64,000 nt of DNA from the human T2T-CHM13v2.0 reference genome, Homo sapiens, in NCBI RefSeq assembly GCF_009914755.1, contig NC_060941.1; one strand, 5' to 3'. Shown here one piece after another: positions 15,492 to 29,321 of the stretch; positions within the stretch are counted from its first letter, which is position 1, and each line of letters opens with the position of its first letter. Position numbers and translations under genes: made by a program. The notes under the pieces were generated by a model that was given only the letters and a program-made list of their open reading frames with translations, was not told where the DNA came from and ran no database searches.

Positions 15492-18400
15492 GCAAGTCTT
15501 CAGTCCTAAGATCGGGAAGGAGAGTGGGGTGGGAAGGGCCCTCCTTGGGCTGGGGGATGGGCCGGGGGTGGGGAGGATGAGGGGTCCCTGGAAATCCAGG
15601 GTGAAGATAGAAGTCTGGATTATGTTCTAAATCTTTTTTTTTTTTTTTTTCTCCAAGGAGAGAAAACAGAGCTTCATGGGAAACAGCGGCAACAGTTGGT
15701 AAGTAGCAGGGCCTTCCAGGCTGGGATGGGTGCAGTGAGGCCAGGCAGGTCAGTTGAAATGGCCGGTCCTGGAACACAGAGCCCGGCAGCCCAGCCGGGA
15801 GGGCTGTCCGCCTGAGGCTGGATCCGCCAGGCTGTGGAGGGAGGGACAGGAAGAAGCAGGTGGGTGCTGCAGGGAGGCAGATGCCAGCTCAGAGCAGAGA
15901 GCGGAAGGAATCTTCTAAGATCCAGAGCCATCTGCCCAACTGCAGCACAGGCTGATGGCTTCTCCTCACTGTCCCTGTAGCATGGGGTTGTGGAGGGTAT
16001 CATCCCTGGGGGCCTGGCTGAAGTCAGCACCTCATGGAGGGAGCCCCGCTGTAGAACGCCGGGAGAGGCTCTTCCCAAGCATTTGCACCAGGCACTGTGC
16101 AGACAGCTGCACACGCCTCCTCTCGGATGGCCACCCCAACGGCCCCATGAGGGGTATTGCTATCCTCTCCATTGGGACAGTTAGGAAATTGAGGCCCAGA
16201 GAGGGGAAGGAACTTGCTTGCATTTGCATGGCTGGGATGTGGTGGAGTCCATTCCACTCAGATTTTCTCCCTCTCAGACTCTCTCACCATTGCTCTGCTG
16301 CCCCCACTCTGAGGCCCCCAGGTCCTAGGACACATGTCAGTGAGGAACGGGCAGAGCTTGGCCTCTCTGGGAGCAGCTCCGCCTGTCCATGGAGGCACTG
16401 ATGGAAATTGGGTTGGCACAAAGGGACCTCCACTCCCAAGCCATCAGTCTTCCACCACAACCCTGGCCGGTACCCCCTGCCCCCAATAGACATCCTGCTT
16501 TTCAATGGCCTGTTTTGCCCCACAGGTCCCATACACCTTTCCCCAAGTTGGAGCTAGGCCTGGGGCCCCAGCCCATGGCGCCCCGGGAGCTCCCTACCTG
16601 CTCCATCTGCCTGGAGAGGTTGCGCGACCCCATCTCGCTGGACTGTGGCCACGACTTCTGCATACGGTGCTTCAGCACACACCGTCTCCCGGGCTGTGAG
16701 CCGCCCTGCTGTCCTGAGTGCCGGAAGATATGCAAGCAGAAGAGGGGCCTCCGGAGCCTGGGCGAGAAGATGAAGCTCCTGCCGCAGCGGCCGCTGCCCC
16801 CTGCACTGCAGGTCTGGGGACTGGGCCTAATCAGTCAGACCCAAGAGGAGGGGGTGGCTTTGGCCCTATTCTAGAACATCAGGACACAGAGCTCCAGGCT
16901 GAACACATTCCAGGGTCAGGAGCTGGTCCTGGATGCTCAGGGGCCCCTCTCTTCTCCTGGCCCAGGAGACGTGTCCTGTGAGGGCGGAGCCGCTGCTGCT
17001 GGTTCGCATCAATGCCTCTGGGGGCCTCATCCTTAGGATGGGGGCCATCAACCGCTGCCTGAAGCACCCTCTGGCCAGGGACACCCCAGTCTGCCTCCTC
17101 GCTGTCCTGGGGGAGCAGCACTCAGGGAAGTCCTTCCTCCTCAACCATTTGCTTCAGGGCTTGCCGGGCCTGGTGAGGGCGGGGCGGGGCAGGAGGGAGG
17201 CGGGGAGCAAGGATGGGGGTTCCTGCCTGGGGGAAGCTGGGTCTGGTATTCCGGTCTGTGGGGACAAGGAACCGACCAACTGATGCTCTCCCTTCTCTCC
17301 CCTGCAGGAGTCTGGTGAGGGCGGCCGGCCAAGAGGAGGAGAGGCATCCCTGCAGGGCTGCAGGTGGGGCGCCAATGGCCTCGCCAGGGGCATATGGATG
17401 TGGAGCCACCCCTTCTTGCTGGGGAAAGAAGGGAAGAAGGTGAGGGGGGAAGTGGCAGAAGGAGGTCAGGGATGGGAAGGGGAATCAAGAAGGGCGTCTC
17501 TGGGGTGAGGATAGAAGATGGGGATGGGACGGGGCAGGGTTGGGAAGAATGTGGGAGAACAAGGCAGGCCTGGCCCCTTGGGTCTTTCCCTACCCCCTGC
17601 ATAGGTGGCGGTGTTCCTGGTGGACACAGGGGATGCCATGAGCCCTGAGCTGAGCAGGGAAACAAGGATCAAGCTCTGTGCTCTCACCACGATGCTGAGC
17701 TCCTACCAGGTGATGGGGGGCGCTGATGTTGGCATCCCCACCCCACACACCCTTCTCCAGCTCAGCTTCCTCAAGGCCAGAGCATCTCACAGGCTTTGGT
17801 GTCTGGGGTCCTGATAGGTTCTGGGGCTGCCTTAGAAGGGGGAAGGTGCTCCTAGTTGGTGAAGGTGGGAACGTGGGTTATTCCTAAAAGTGGGCTGATG
17901 GTCCCAGGGGCAGCTGAAGACCTGATGGATCACATTACCCTCCAGGCTTGTCTCCGGCCTTGAGGCCAGCCCAGCCCTGCAGCCTTCGAGGCCCCCATAC
18001 TGGCCTCTCCCATACTCTGAGGCCCACAGGCTGCCTGCGAGCTCCCTACTCACCAGGGCCTTCCCCAGTGAAGTCACCCGGCCTCTGTAATCTCTCATAC
18101 ATGTTGTTCTCTCTGATTCCAGATCCTCAGCACCTCCCAGGAGCTGAAGGATACAGACCTGGACTATCTGGAGGTAAAGAGACCTCTGATGTTGGGGCAT
18201 CCCCCACCCCCACCCTCCCCACTAGGGCTGGACCCAAAGGAACTAGGTGCCCTCCTGGTCTGGCCTAGGGTTTTATGACACTTGAACAGGGTTGAAGGGG
18301 GAGGGTGGAGAGTAAAGCAAGAGATGTGTGGTCTGGGGAGAGGCAGGAGAACCCCAGGCTGCAAAAGGGGGAGCCTAGCTCCTACAGCAGGCGTAGGGAG

Positions 18401-20203
18401 GTGGGGAGACAGGCTTGGGGTGCACCATAGTCCTCAAAGTGGCCCAGCCCTGACGCTTTCTGTGTCCCACCCCCAGATGTTTGTCCACGTGGCCGAGGTG
18501 ATGGGCAAGCATTATGGGATGGTGCCAATCCAGGTGAGACACCTATCTCTGGATTCATTGGCCCCAGGCCCCGCCACCCCCATTTGCTGGTGTCAGGACC
18601 CCTTCTCTTTCAGCATCTGGACCTCTTAGTTCGTGACTCATCCCACCCCAACAAGGCAGGGCAGGGGCATGTAGGCAACATCTTCCAGGTGAGTGGTGCA
18701 AGGGGATGGGGTGGAGGGGCCATGGACAGGGCAGAGGTGGGGAAGGCATGGGAGGCTGGACCTCCTAGCTCAGAGCACTCCTCTCGCTGCCTCACAGAGA
18801 TTGTCTGGCAGATACCCCAAGGTGCAGGAGCTGCTGCAAGGGAAGCGAGCCCGTTGCTGCCTCTTGCCTGCCCCAGGGAGGCGGCGGATGAACCAAGGCC
18901 ATGCAAGCCCTGGTGGTGAGTGTCTCTGAGAGCTGAACCTCTCTTGCGCTGCTCCCAGCTCCCCTCCGGCAACCGAGCCCCTTGAAGCACCCACCTCTCC
19001 TGGCCTCTGACACCCCTTCTCCTCCCAAAGCCCGCAGTCTCTCAGCATGCACATCTCTCCCTCAGACACAGATGATGACTTCCGCCACCTTCTGGGGGCC
19101 TACGTCTCAGATGTGCTGAGTGCGGCCCCCCAGCACGCTAAGAGCCGCTGCCAGGGGTACTGGAACGAGGGGCGCGCCGTGGCCAGGGGGGACAGACGCC
19201 TACTCACGGGGCAGCAGCTAGCTCAGGAAATCAAGGTGTGAAAACTCCCTGGAGACCCAGGCGACTCGGCTGGGCCCCTGCTCTCCCTGACCCCAGCGAT
19301 GGTATCTCCGCAGAACCTCTCAGGATGGATGGGGAGGACAGGGCCCGGTTTCACCTCTCCGGATGAGGTATGAGCGCTGGGGGATCCAGCATTCTGGCAG
19401 GGAGACAGGGGAGGCAGGGAGGTGGGGGCTGTGCCGAGGCCTCCGGGGTGGGGGTCTGTGTGCCCTGGGAGTGGAGATGAGGAAACAAGCAGCGCCCCTG
19501 GCTGAGAAGGAAGGAAGGAGGCAGCCTGGGTTTTCCCGTGGACAGATGGCTGCTCAGCTGCACGACCTGAGGAAGGTGGAAGCTGCCAAGAGGGAGTTCG
19601 AGGAGTATGTGAGGCAGCAGGTGAGCCCCGGGGCTGCACGGGAGGCAGGTGTGGGCCGGGCAGGGTCCAGATCAGGGAGAGGATACCTGGGACTCCTGGT
19701 CAGGGCACCTTCTTTTCCCCTCCCTGTCATAGGACGTAGCCACCAAGCGCATATTCTCTGCGCTGCGGGTCCTGCCAGACACCATGCGGAACCTCCTCTC
19801 CACCCAGAAAGATGCCATTCTGGCCCGCCATGGTGTGGCCTTACTCTGCAAGGGGAGAGATCAGACCTTGGAGGCACTGGAAGCTGAGCTGCAGGCCACG
19901 GCCAAGGCCTTCATGGACTCCTACACGATGCGCTTCTGTGGCCACCTAGCTGCTGTGGGGGGTGCTGTGGGGGCCGGGCTCATGGGCCTGGCAGGGGGCG
20001 TGGTGGGTGCTGGCATGGCAGCAGCTGCACTGGCTGCAGAGGCTGGGATGGTGGCTGCTGGAGCTGCCGTGGGGGCCACAGGGGCCGCTGTGGTTGGGGG
20101 TGGCGTGGGTGCTGGGTTGGCTGCCACAGTGGGCTGCATGGAGAAGGAGGAGGATGAGAGGCTTCTGGAAGGGGACCGAGAGCCCCTTCTCCAGGAAGAG
20201 TAA
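15438..20203 (+). CDS. RNF112: RING finger protein 112 (ZNF179/neurolastin), 14 coding exons, 631 aa
   Basis: Manual splice: 15438-15491, 15658-15698, 16526-16811, 16966-17172, 17308-17439, 17605-17709, 18123-18173, 18477-18533, 18614-18688, 18798-18915, 19066-19235, 19314-19367, 19546-19620, 19733-20203. Total 1896 nt = 631 aa + TAA. All acceptors are AG and all donors GT except intron 1 (GC). Motifs: RING (CSICLERLRDPISLDCGHDFCIRC..CPEC), P-loop GEQHSGKS, GIWMW, VRD, Gly/Ala hydrophobic C-terminus ending EPLLQEE. Confidence 0.97.
15658..15698 (+). CDS. RNF112: RNF112 exon 2 (ERKQSFMGNSGNSW)
   Basis: Poly-T tract then ctccaag acceptor; TG|GTAAGT donor. Confidence 0.9.
16526..16811 (+). CDS. 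RNF112: RNF112 exon 3 (RING domain)
   Basis: cacag acceptor; C3HC4 RING; CAG|GTCTGG donor. Confidence 0.95.
16966..17172 (+). CDS. RNF112: RNF112 exon 4 (GTPase P-loop GEQHSGKS)
   Basis: cccag acceptor; CTG|GTGAGG donor. Confidence 0.95.
17308..17439 (+). CDS. RNF112: RNF112 exon 5 (..RGIWMWSHP..)
   Basis: ctgcag acceptor; AAG|GTGAGG donor. Confidence 0.95.
17605..17709 (+). CDS. RNF112: RNF112 exon 6 (VAVFLVDTGD..)
   Basis: catag acceptor; CAG|GTGATG donor. Confidence 0.95.
18123..18173 (+). CDS. RNF112: RNF112 exon 7
   Basis: ttccag acceptor; ILSTSQELKDTDLDYLE; GAG|GTAAAG donor. Confidence 0.92.
18477..18533 (+). CDS. RNF112: RNF112 exon 8
   Basis: MFVHVAEVMGKHYGMVPIQ; canonical splice sites. 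Confidence 0.92.
18614..18688 (+). CDS. RNF112: RNF112 exon 9 (HLDLLVRD, G4-type RD motif)
   Basis: ttcag acceptor; CAG|GTGAGT donor. Confidence 0.92.
18798..18915 (+). CDS. RNF112: RNF112 exon 10
   Basis: cacag acceptor; G|GTGAGT donor, phase 1. Confidence 0.92.
19066..19235 (+). CDS. RNF112: RNF112 exon 11
   Basis: ctcag acceptor; AAG|GTGTGA donor. Confidence 0.92.
19314..19367 (+). CDS. RNF112: RNF112 exon 12
   Basis: NLSGWMGRTGPGFTSPDE; GAG|GTATGA donor. Confidence 0.9.
19546..19620 (+). CDS. RNF112: RNF112 exon 13
   Basis: MAAQLHDLRKVEAAKREFEEYVRQQ; CAG|GTGAGC donor. Confidence 0.92.
19733..20203 (+). CDS. RNF112: RNF112 last exon, coding part (hydrophobic Gly/Ala tail)
   Basis: catag acceptor; in frame with ORF 19784..20203; TAA stop. 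Confidence 0.95.
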   Translation, partial: DVATKRIFSALRVLPDTMRNLLSTQKDAILARHGVALLCKGRDQTLEALEAELQATAKAFMDSYTMRFCGHLAAVGGAVGAGLMGLAGGVVGAGMAAAALAAEAGMVAAGAAVGATGAAVVGGGVGAGLAATVGCMEKEEDERLLEGDREPLLQEE

Positions 20204-21310
20204 CAGCCCCAGGAGGTATTGAAGGACAGGAGAGATGTCAGGTGGGGATGAAGAAGAGGGGCAGGTCGGGGGAGGGTGATGCCAGGGATTCCAAGGCACC
20301 GCCATGTACTGCACTGCCCTGGTCGAATGCTCGGTGTCTGGGTGGCAGCTGAGCTGGGACTCAAGGTGGCTCTTGGAACCTGGGAGGCAGCATCTGGGGG
20401 CAGTGGATAGAACACCCGGCCTGTTTCTGGTTGCAGATGGTTGCCGATCTGCCCTTGTCACAGATAGGCTACATCCCAGGGTTTCTGGCTGCAAGTGAGA
20501 CTCCACCCTCCCCACCTGGCTCATTTCCCCGATGACCCTGGATTGTAGGAAAGTTAAGCAGGCACCATCCTGGAAGTCTACCCCTAGGTGGTCGAGAGAC
20601 CTGTTCTTTCACAGATGTGAGAAGCCCCAGGATGATTGACCATGGTGTTCAGGAGCGGGGAGCACTGATGAGGTGCTGGGGATGACAGGAAGGAAGGAAC
20701 ACTGGGCAGAACCAGAGAGATGGGACATGGTAGACTGTGGCCCAGACCCCAGAGCAGAGAAACTTGTTCCCATGACCCTTCCCAAATCTGCTCCAGCAGG
20801 ACTAAGGTGGCTTTCCCACTCCTGGCCCACAGCCCCAGAGAGCCTGTCTGTGCATCCTGAACCACTCTTTGCTGGGCCTCCGCAAGGGCCTCTCTTGGGT
20901 CTGTGTCCTTTTTCAAGCCTGTTTAGATGGGGGAGTGCCCATGCCCTCTGTGAAGTGCCCAAATGCGAAAGAATAACACCTTTTCTTGCATTCTGAGCTA
21001 AGCCAGACAGCCTTTATACTAGATTCTATCAAAATCTTGCAAAGGAAAACAAAATGAACAACTTCTACCCTTAAACACATCCTTTCTCCCCTGGGCTTGT
21101 AAGAAGATGCAGCTTGATGCAGCTCCTCAAACACCAGGCCCCCTGGGAACTGGGGGTGCGGGAGTTCTCCCTCTGGGGGACAGAAAATCTGACTACTAGG
21201 AAGACTTCTAGGCTATGAAACTGACTTCTAGGCTATGAAACTTACAGGGTATGGGTGGGCACATTATCCTTTATTTTATGAAAAATAAAATGTGTGTATG
21301 TGAATGTCAG
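20204..21310 (+). other. RNF112: RNF112 3' UTR (end approximate)
   Basis: From the stop codon to just past AATAAA at 21284; no obvious interspersed repeat. Confidence 0.7.
21284..21289 (+). terminator. Polyadenylation signal AATAAA of RNF112
   Basis: AATAAA ~1.08 kb after the stop, with an upstream U-rich tract. Confidence 0.8.
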
Positions 21311-23698
21311 CTTCCCAGTATATTATTGAAACAGAATTTAACCCTCAGATGACTTCATGGTGGGAGCAGGTGAACCAATGAGATCCATTGCTGGAATGCA
21401 CAGATGGGAAGAGGGAGATTGGAATTCAAGAGATCCAAGGAAGTGAACGTCAGAGGTCCCCATTCAGTGGCTGCAAGAGGCCTCAGGCCAAGGCCAAGTG
21501 GATATGGGCACCTTTGCAGGCTCTTCCACTAGGACTTGGGGTTCCGCTCCTCTTGTCTCCTCTCTGAGAAACTGCTTCCCATGATCCTGTCAACAGGCAG
21601 TCAACAAGCACCTGTCCCAGCAAGAGGACAGAATGGATACATAAGCAGAGAGAACTTGGTCAAGCCTTGAAGGAAGGAGAAGCCCAGGACCACTTCTGCA
21701 GGGCTCAGCCAGCCAGGAGTTCACCCAACTGATTCTCCTCCCAGCCCTGCTCCCCAGCTCCCCAGCTCCCCATCTCAGAACCACAGCAGTAGTCACTGCA
21801 TCCAATCCTGGCATTTTATAGGTGCACACCCAGAGAGAGAAAGTCTCAGATAAGCCTGTGCAGCTGCTGATGACAGAAGCAGGGGAACCCCGAAGTCCTG
21901 GTTCCCAAGCTGGTGCACTTCCTGAAGTTATTTTGTTAAGGTCGACTGTGCTGAAATTGAGATGCTCCTTTTCAGATGCTTCTTCTGGCTGATCAGGTCC
22001 AGCTCCAGGGAAGTGTGTGGTGGGCAGAGGCAGCAACGTGGTCTAGAACAGATGGCTCAGCAGTGAAGCTATAGTTAACAGGCTGGGGACAAAATACAGA
22101 ATGTAGAGAAATCCCAAAGCCAGGGTGGGGTTGAGTGGGGTAAAGACAAATGAGAGTGACTCTCTCTTTTAGGGTCTGAGCCAAGGGTGGGAACAGGGTC
22201 TTAACTTTGTGTAGTGTTTGTGGAGAAGGACTTTCTGGAAGCATCTTTCTGAGCCCTTCCACTGTCATCTGGTGGACACATGAGCTATGAAACCTTCCAG
22301 ACTTTGGAGGCTCAGGATGAGGGGGCCCAGAGACTCAGAGAGGGAGGGTGTTACATGGCTAGAATCCCACCCGGCAGCACTGGAAGGAACAACAGTTCAG
22401 TGTCTACCTCTCCCCACTCTTTGCACAGATGGGAAGAAGTTGGCCCAGTGAGGGATGTCTCTGCAGAGACAAGATGAGTAATATTAAGTGGTGTTTGTCT
22501 TGTGCCTTGTAGCTTTCAAAACATTTCCTCAAACATTATCTCCCTTAAGCCTTGAAATCATCTCAAGCAGTATGTAGAACACACATTTTCACAGAGGAGG
22601 ACGCTGAAGCTGAGAGAAATAATGTGTCTCAGTGGAAACAACTAGTCAGAGGTAGGCCAGGACTTGACCCCAAGAGTTCTGGTGCCAAATCCCTGGCTCA
22701 GTGGAGCCTTCAAGCCTCTCCAGACTCCAAGACGACCAGGCTTCTGGGTTCCAAACCTGATTAGTTGGCTTCCTGGACTTCCAACATTGATTCTGTAATT
22801 CACAAGAGCCCAGGTGTGACTCATTGACCGAGGTCTCAGCAGCATGCTGACGTCTGGCTGGTTTCCCTTCTGTGACCCACTGCAGGTTCCAAGATTGGTA
22901 GGTTCCAAGATTGGGTTAGAGGTTTGGTGACTTGCCGTGTGGTTCCTGTTTCTGAGGCCTCCCTCATGTTGCAGATGGCAGTACTGCAAGACAAGAGGAA
23001 CCTGCGACCTGAAGGCCCTTGACTGCTTGGATCAGGAATAAGCCCTCAACTCCACTGGCTCTCATCAAACCACGCCGCGAGCAAGGAATAAACTTTTACT
23101 GCATGAAGGGGATGCGACATCTAGGTCGACTTAGTACACCATCACCCACCCTACTCTAACACACACAGAAATGGGTTCTTTGAAATGGAGTGATGCTGTA
23201 TCAGACAGGTAAAGTATCACCAGTTGGGGGCTGGGCAGTAAGGAAAAGCATTTTATGTCACAGCAGAACGTTTGCTAAAATTGTTGCCTACGGCAACTTG
23301 GAAGACAGACCTTGTGCTATCGAGGAAAAAAAACTATTTTAAATAAAATCTCCTGCCAACCCAGAATATTCTCTCCACAAATGTAGAAAATAAAGAAAAT
23401 ACTAGTTCTGTGATTGAATAAGCATTAAACACATGGATGCATTATCAGCTAACGCAATCATAAAGACAGTCAGAAATCCCCCTATTTATGTAGTCAAGCA
23501 GCTACAACCCGTTACACACATGCTGTCATGTGTGAGGACTTGAACTCAGGTGAGAGAGAGCTCCACAGCGTCGTTTGCTATACATGCACTTACAGCGTAC
23601 CTAATTCACCTGGTGATTGGGGTGGTCATCTGTGCTAATTAGTGCCTTTTTCTGTAGGGAAAATAAAGCAACTTGAATCTCTAGGAAATGCAGTTGTT

Positions 23699-24089
<391 letters not shown>

Positions 24090-24165
24090 TCAGAAAAACA
24101 GTTTTGGGTTTTAATTCTGGTAAAAGATTTATTTAAACTTTAAAAAGACTTGCATAAGTATCTGA

Positions 24166-24931
<766 letters not shown>

Positions 24932-25039
24932 CTATAATTTACTAATGATCTCCATTGCTTTTTTTTTTTTTACCTTTCTTTGGGCAGTTTGCAGCCATTA
25001 AAATATTCAGCGAGCCCACAGTAAAACAGCAAAGCTGAT

Positions 25040-25380
25040 CAGGCTGTTAGAACAAAACATCATAGACTGACTGGCTTATAAACAACAAAAATTTATTATA
25101 GTTCTGGAGGCTGGAACTCCAAGAACAAGGCTCCTGCAGATCTGATGTCTGGTGAGGGCCTGTTTCCTCATAGACTTCCATCTTCTCACTTTCACTTCAC
25201 ATGCTGGAAGGAGTGAAGGGTGTCTCTGGGTTCTCTTCTACAAGGGCACTAATCCCATTCACGAGTTCTCTGTCTTTATGACCTAATCACTCCCAAAGAC
25301 CCCACCTCCTGATACCATCACCTTGGGGTTAGTTAGGATTTCAACATATGAATTTTGGGTGTACATAAACATTCAGCCTG
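25040..25380 (-). mobile_element. MaLR LTR (MLT1A/MSTD-like)
   Basis: GGCTTATAAACAAC..AGTTCTGGAGGCTGG..GATTTCAACATATGAATTTTG. Confidence 0.7.
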
Positions 25381-25681
25381 TTGTAAAAGCAATGATCAGG
25401 ATCTCAGTGGGATGAATTTAACAGTCAGTAGAATATGTACCTCGGGGAAAAACCTCTAAACACATCATACTAATGGTGAATGGTTAAAGCAAACTTGATT
25501 AGCAATGTGCAAAAATTCTCCTTCGGCACACATTAATGTTACAAACTGCCGTGCTGTCTTTATCACTTGCCCTTTCATGTAGTTAACTATTTGAGTATCA
25601 TTTTGTAGTTGCTTACAAAGTCTTACCCAATCTAAGACTAAGGAGTGGCTTACCTGCAGCACCTATCTAAAAGTTTAAGAC

Positions 25682-25988
25682 TTTTCTTTTTCTTTTTTTT
25701 TTCTTTGAGATGGAATTTTGCTCTTGTTGCCTAGGCTGGAGTACAATGGCATAATCTCGGCTCACCACAACCTTTGCCTCCTGGGTTCAAGCAATTCTCC
25801 TGCCTCAGCCTCCTGAGTAGCTGGAACTAGAGGCATGCACCACCACGCCCGGCTAATTTTGTACTTTTAGTAGAGACGGGGTTTCGCCATGTTGGTCAGG
25901 CTGGTCTCAATCTCCCGACCTCAGGTGATCTGCCCGCCTCGGCCTCCCGAAGTGCTGGGATTACAGGTGTGAGCCACCATGCCCGGCC
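25682..25988 (-). repeat. Alu (AluSp-like)
   Basis: Alu consensus. Confidence 0.95.
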
Positions 25989-26540
25989 ATGTCCGTGGCT
26001 CTTATTATGTTAAGTCTTGAGGACAAACCCACCCATCGGCCATTTTCCACATCAGTCCAATCAATAGTTTTATTATGATAGCAGTATGTCATGCTGAACG
26101 AGTGATGAAATCTCAGAGCTTTTTTCTAGCTAATTGCTAAGCTGCTTTATTGCCAAGTCCCTCTGAGATCCTTGTGGTGAATTTTTGTTTGGGCATTACA
26201 TTACTTCTCAACAGTCCAATTCTGAATTTTTGGCCGTTTCCATTGCAATTGTATTATGTGTTTTTGTAATTGTCTCAAAGCATTAAGTTTATTATTGAAA
26301 GTATCAGTATCAACAAGCATTAGCTACGCTTGTCTATTTCTATTCCTCCAAGGACTGTATTTAATGTTTCCTTTTGTCCTTGTATGGCCTCAGATAAGCC
26401 CCTTAATAATCAGATTTCATAATGCGAGCGCCTAGGGGATGCAATTCTGGTTATGCAAACTACTTAGCCTCAGACACTTTGTGTCAAACTTAGGGCTTGA
26501 GTATTTTGATGCATATTAGTTATGTTAGTGTTCCCAAAAA

Positions 26541-27115
<575 letters not shown>

Positions 27116-28378
27116 TCACTCTGACGACAATCAGATTGTTAGTCTTATAAATTTGGGCCATATCTATCCTGAAAACACAATATAGAGCAGATGGGAAGTA
27201 AATAATTGTGGGGACCATTACTGGGAGTACAGAAAGAAAAGTAGTGTTACAAATAACATGTTTGTTTCTAGTAAATTATGAGTCTTAAAGTAATTGAAAT
27301 CATCACTGCTGTGAATAGGCCAGCAGGGCTGTTTATGATAATAGTAATAATAAGTTCACAAAAATAGTTCTTTTCAGTTGAATTCAGTACCAATATCATT
27401 TATTCTAGAAGATTTAAGTTTCAAGTCCTTGTGGGAATCCAAGTCCAGTTGAAAGCATGAATCCAGCTGGATTTTTATTTCACTTTGATAATCATATCAG
27501 AACATGTGAAAGGGTCCCTCGCAGGGTGGTGACAGCCATCTTTCCTCTAGAACACCCTTATGTACATGAAATTACCTGATCGTTTATGGGGTCCAGATTT
27601 CCTTTGGCAGATCCTTCTGAATCCTTCTGGTTTTACGTCTCCAGGGAAGAGAGAAGCCCTTTTAAGTACAGAACACAATTATGAGAGGATTCAGTTAAAT
27701 TGGGCCCAGGACATGGTCTCAGACCCAATTCCTAGGACTGCCAAACATAATTTCAAAGGGAGCAATATGTGCTTGCTTGCAGGGTTGCTCTCATTTTTAA
27801 CAAGGCTAGCACTAAAGCATGAGGCCATTTTAGGCCAGCAGATTTCTAAATGAGGTTTTAGAGTCGAATTCATCTGCTCTATTTGTCCAGAGGACTGAGG
27901 GTAACAGGGAGTATGACAGCATGATTTGCATCATTCCTGAACCACAATAGACTATGGGCTATGTGGACATCCTAGAAAACATAACGTGACAAAAATCTTT
28001 TGCCTTCCACAGGCCTTAGTTCTACAGAATCCAGCTGCTGTGAGGTCCCTGGTGAAGCTGGTGGAAGAGAACCTTCTGTATGTACCTGGGGAGTGGGCTT
28101 AAAAGAATCCTGTCAACAACCCGCACATCAACATGTTTTGGATGATGCTACCTGCTCAGCAGGCATAGTGAAGTGGAGTGCCTTTAAGATCACTTTTCAC
28201 TGGGGGATGGTTTTGTTGATGACACAACATTACTAATCAAGCAAATGGGAACCAAGGTACAATATTATTTTGTTAGCTAATTCCCATAGTCCAGTCAGAT
28301 TTTTTTAGCCCCTTTCTTATTCCATTTGTCAATTTCCTTTTGTGATGCATAGTTTTGAAAGTAAATAAAAATTACTTA

Positions 28379-29027
<649 letters not shown>

Positions 29028-29321
29028 CTCAGCTCTTAATTTTCTGAGATAGTTTACTTCCTGTCAAAGTCAAGAATCTCCTATTTTTCAGAATCTTCCC
29101 TGTTGCATGACTGACACTAAACAGACATTTACTATCAGTACGTCCATTCGTTTGAAGTCCTGAGCCAAGCCCTAGTAAATGTAAGCTATTCATTAACTTG
29201 AATTGTGCTGAATTGATTCCAGGCAAAATAAGCTCCCACAATTTCATGAGCAGCTACCACAGCATAGGAAGCCTAAGTTGGCTATTTGCATCCTGTATGT
29301 GACCCATCGGCAAATGTGATC

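Noticed and set aside
19921-20524. Long Pro/Ala-rich minus-strand ORFs (164 and 192 aa)
   Set aside because: Antisense shadow of the GC-rich Gly/Ala codons of the last RNF112 exon.
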